Source: Thermoanaerobaculia bacterium (GTDB lineage Bacteria; Acidobacteriota; Thermoanaerobaculia; Gp7-AA8). From it: a stretch of DNA of 43,649 nucleotides. The stretch covers positions 1-43,649 of the forward strand of contig DASVNL010000032.1 of the NCBI GenBank assembly GCA_036383875.1, in the 5' to 3' direction. The stretch's first letter is position 1. Every line of letters begins with the position of its first letter. Shown here piece after piece: positions 42,775 through 43,649 of the stretch. The notes under the pieces were generated by a model that searched no databases, was not told the DNA's origin, and was given only the letters and a program-made list of their open reading frames with translations. Both the position numbers and the translations under genes were made by a program.

Positions 42775-43517
42775 CCAATCAGTCGGAGTGGCAGGAAGCG
42801 AATCGCGAATTGATCGCCGAGGCGCGCCGGAAGTTCGGCGAGCCGCCGACGGCGGAAGAGATGTTTGCATACAGCCGGGGCGAGATGTCCGAGGAGGAGG
42901 CGGATCGCATTCGCGAGATGCTTCTGGCGTATCCCGAGCTGGCGCGCGCCTACAGCGCGGAGTTTCCCGAAGCGCCAGTACCGGGCGACGCGGATTACGT
43001 TCCCGAGGCCGAGGTCGATGCGGCGTGGAACGCGCTGCAGTCGCGACTTGGCGCAAACGGCAAGATCGTGCGGTTCCGGAACTTTCCGACCGCGGTCGCG
43101 GCGCTCCTCGCGGTCGTGTTCTTCGGACTGTTCGTCTACGCGGAAGGGCGGGCGCGCCACTATCGCGGCCTCGCGATCACCGGGCCGGTCGTGGTGCGCG
43201 AGTTTCAGGAGTTCGATGCGGACACGCCGCGCGGAGGCGCAATTCCGCAAACGCTCATTGGGGTCGGGGACCTTTACGCGATGAGCCTGCGACCGCTCAC
43301 CGGCGTCCGTTACGAGAGCTATCGCATCGAGATGGTCCGCGATGGTGAAGAGCCGATCCGCATCAACGATGCGAAGCTCGACGACAAGGACTCTTTCAAC
43401 ATCGTCATCCCCCGAGGACTGGTGCGTCCGGGCGATTACCGCCTGCGCATCTACGGCATGGATGGGCGCGACGATCACGACGCCGGGACCATCCTCGTCC
43501 GGGTCCCGACCCCCTGA
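42771..43517 (+). CDS. putative anti-sigma factor (single-pass membrane protein)
   Basis: 248 aa. ATGA overlap with the sigma gene. It has a cytoplasmic helical N-domain (no HxxxCxxC), the TM AVAALLAVVFFGLFVYA, and a ~120-aa extracytoplasmic C-domain. The role is inferred from position. Confidence 0.6.
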   Translation: MTNQSEWQEANRELIAEARRKFGEPPTAEEMFAYSRGEMSEEEADRIREMLLAYPELARAYSAEFPEAPVPGDADYVPEAEVDAAWNALQSRLGANGKIVRFRNFPTAVAALLAVVFFGLFVYAEGRARHYRGLAITGPVVVREFQEFDADTPRGGAIPQTLIGVGDLYAMSLRPLTGVRYESYRIEMVRDGEEPIRINDAKLDDKDSFNIVIPRGLVRPGDYRLRIYGMDGRDDHDAGTILVRVPTP

Positions 43518-43649
43518 GGCTGACACAACCCGTCACCGAACCGTGTCGGCTGGCGGGTTGACCCTCTGGTGGAAGGATCGTACCGTGTGTTAGGTTCACT
43601 GACCGCGTGGTCAGTGGATCTGACGCGATGATGGGTCGGAAGACGAAAG

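Noticed and set aside
42209-42782. An identical 14-nt start context, TCATGACCAATCAG, occurs at both the sigma (42209-42222) and anti-sigma (42769-42782) start codons. Both proteins begin MTNQ. The string also contains the TGACCAAT core of the 10170/10212 boxes.
   Set aside because: This is curious, but it is only two short copies inside or at coding starts. I cannot distinguish chance or shared initiation context from function. There is no supporting second half-site.
43597-43616. An 8-bp hairpin, CACTGACC gcgt GGTCAGTG, lies about 80 nt downstream of the anti-sigma stop. A possible ATG at 43628 starts a gene that runs off the window.
   Set aside because: No U-tract follows the hairpin, and too little sequence remains to support a terminator or a new CDS call.
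1-43649. I searched by eye for tRNA/rRNA genes, CRISPR repeat-spacer arrays, IS elements with terminal inverted repeats, integrases and phage genes.
   Set aside because: None was recognised. The island at 26.9-43.5 kb therefore has no visible mobility signature within this window.

Overview
High-GC bacterial chromosomal window; an Acidobacteria-like origin is only a weak inference from the CarboxypepD_reg-type TonB receptor and gene style. No rRNA, tRNA, CRISPR array, transposase or integrase was seen. The window has two very different halves. (1) Positions 1-26.9 kb hold housekeeping regulators (partial AraC, LysR), two small exported Cys-rich proteins (fulvocin-C-like, TIMP-like) and a large pectin/rhamnogalacturonan utilisation locus. 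One minus-strand operon runs gntR, SDR, fucD, exuT, uxaC, kduD. It diverges from a 1439-aa single-ORF fusion of four CAZyme modules (GH43-CE8-CE12-GH105). Downstream lie a PL1 pectate lyase, a TonB-dependent receptor, DUF4861, GH28, a KduI/IolB isomerase, kdgK and eda. (2) Positions 26.9-43.5 kb hold an unannotatable-looking island that I consider the most interesting part. A plus-strand operon encodes an exported vWA-TM-FHA-like protein, a 918-aa tubulin/FtsZ-superfamily GTPase, and a 932-aa paralogue with degenerate GTP motifs, coiled coils and a membrane hairpin. It is flanked by three exported caspase-fold proteases (two C14, one TPR-CHAT lipoprotein), a voltage-sensor K+ channel translationally adjacent to one caspase, two unknown proteins, and a divergent ECF sigma/anti-sigma pair. 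Other oddities are a (GCCAACC)n heptamer tract exactly at the CE12/GH105 junction, where loss of one unit restores a canonical two-gene TAATG junction; a 33-bp inverted repeat built from TGATGAG heptamers inside the hexuronate operon; and recurring TGGTCA/TGACCA motifs in two divergent promoter regions. All family assignments come from reading motifs by eye. No searches were run.
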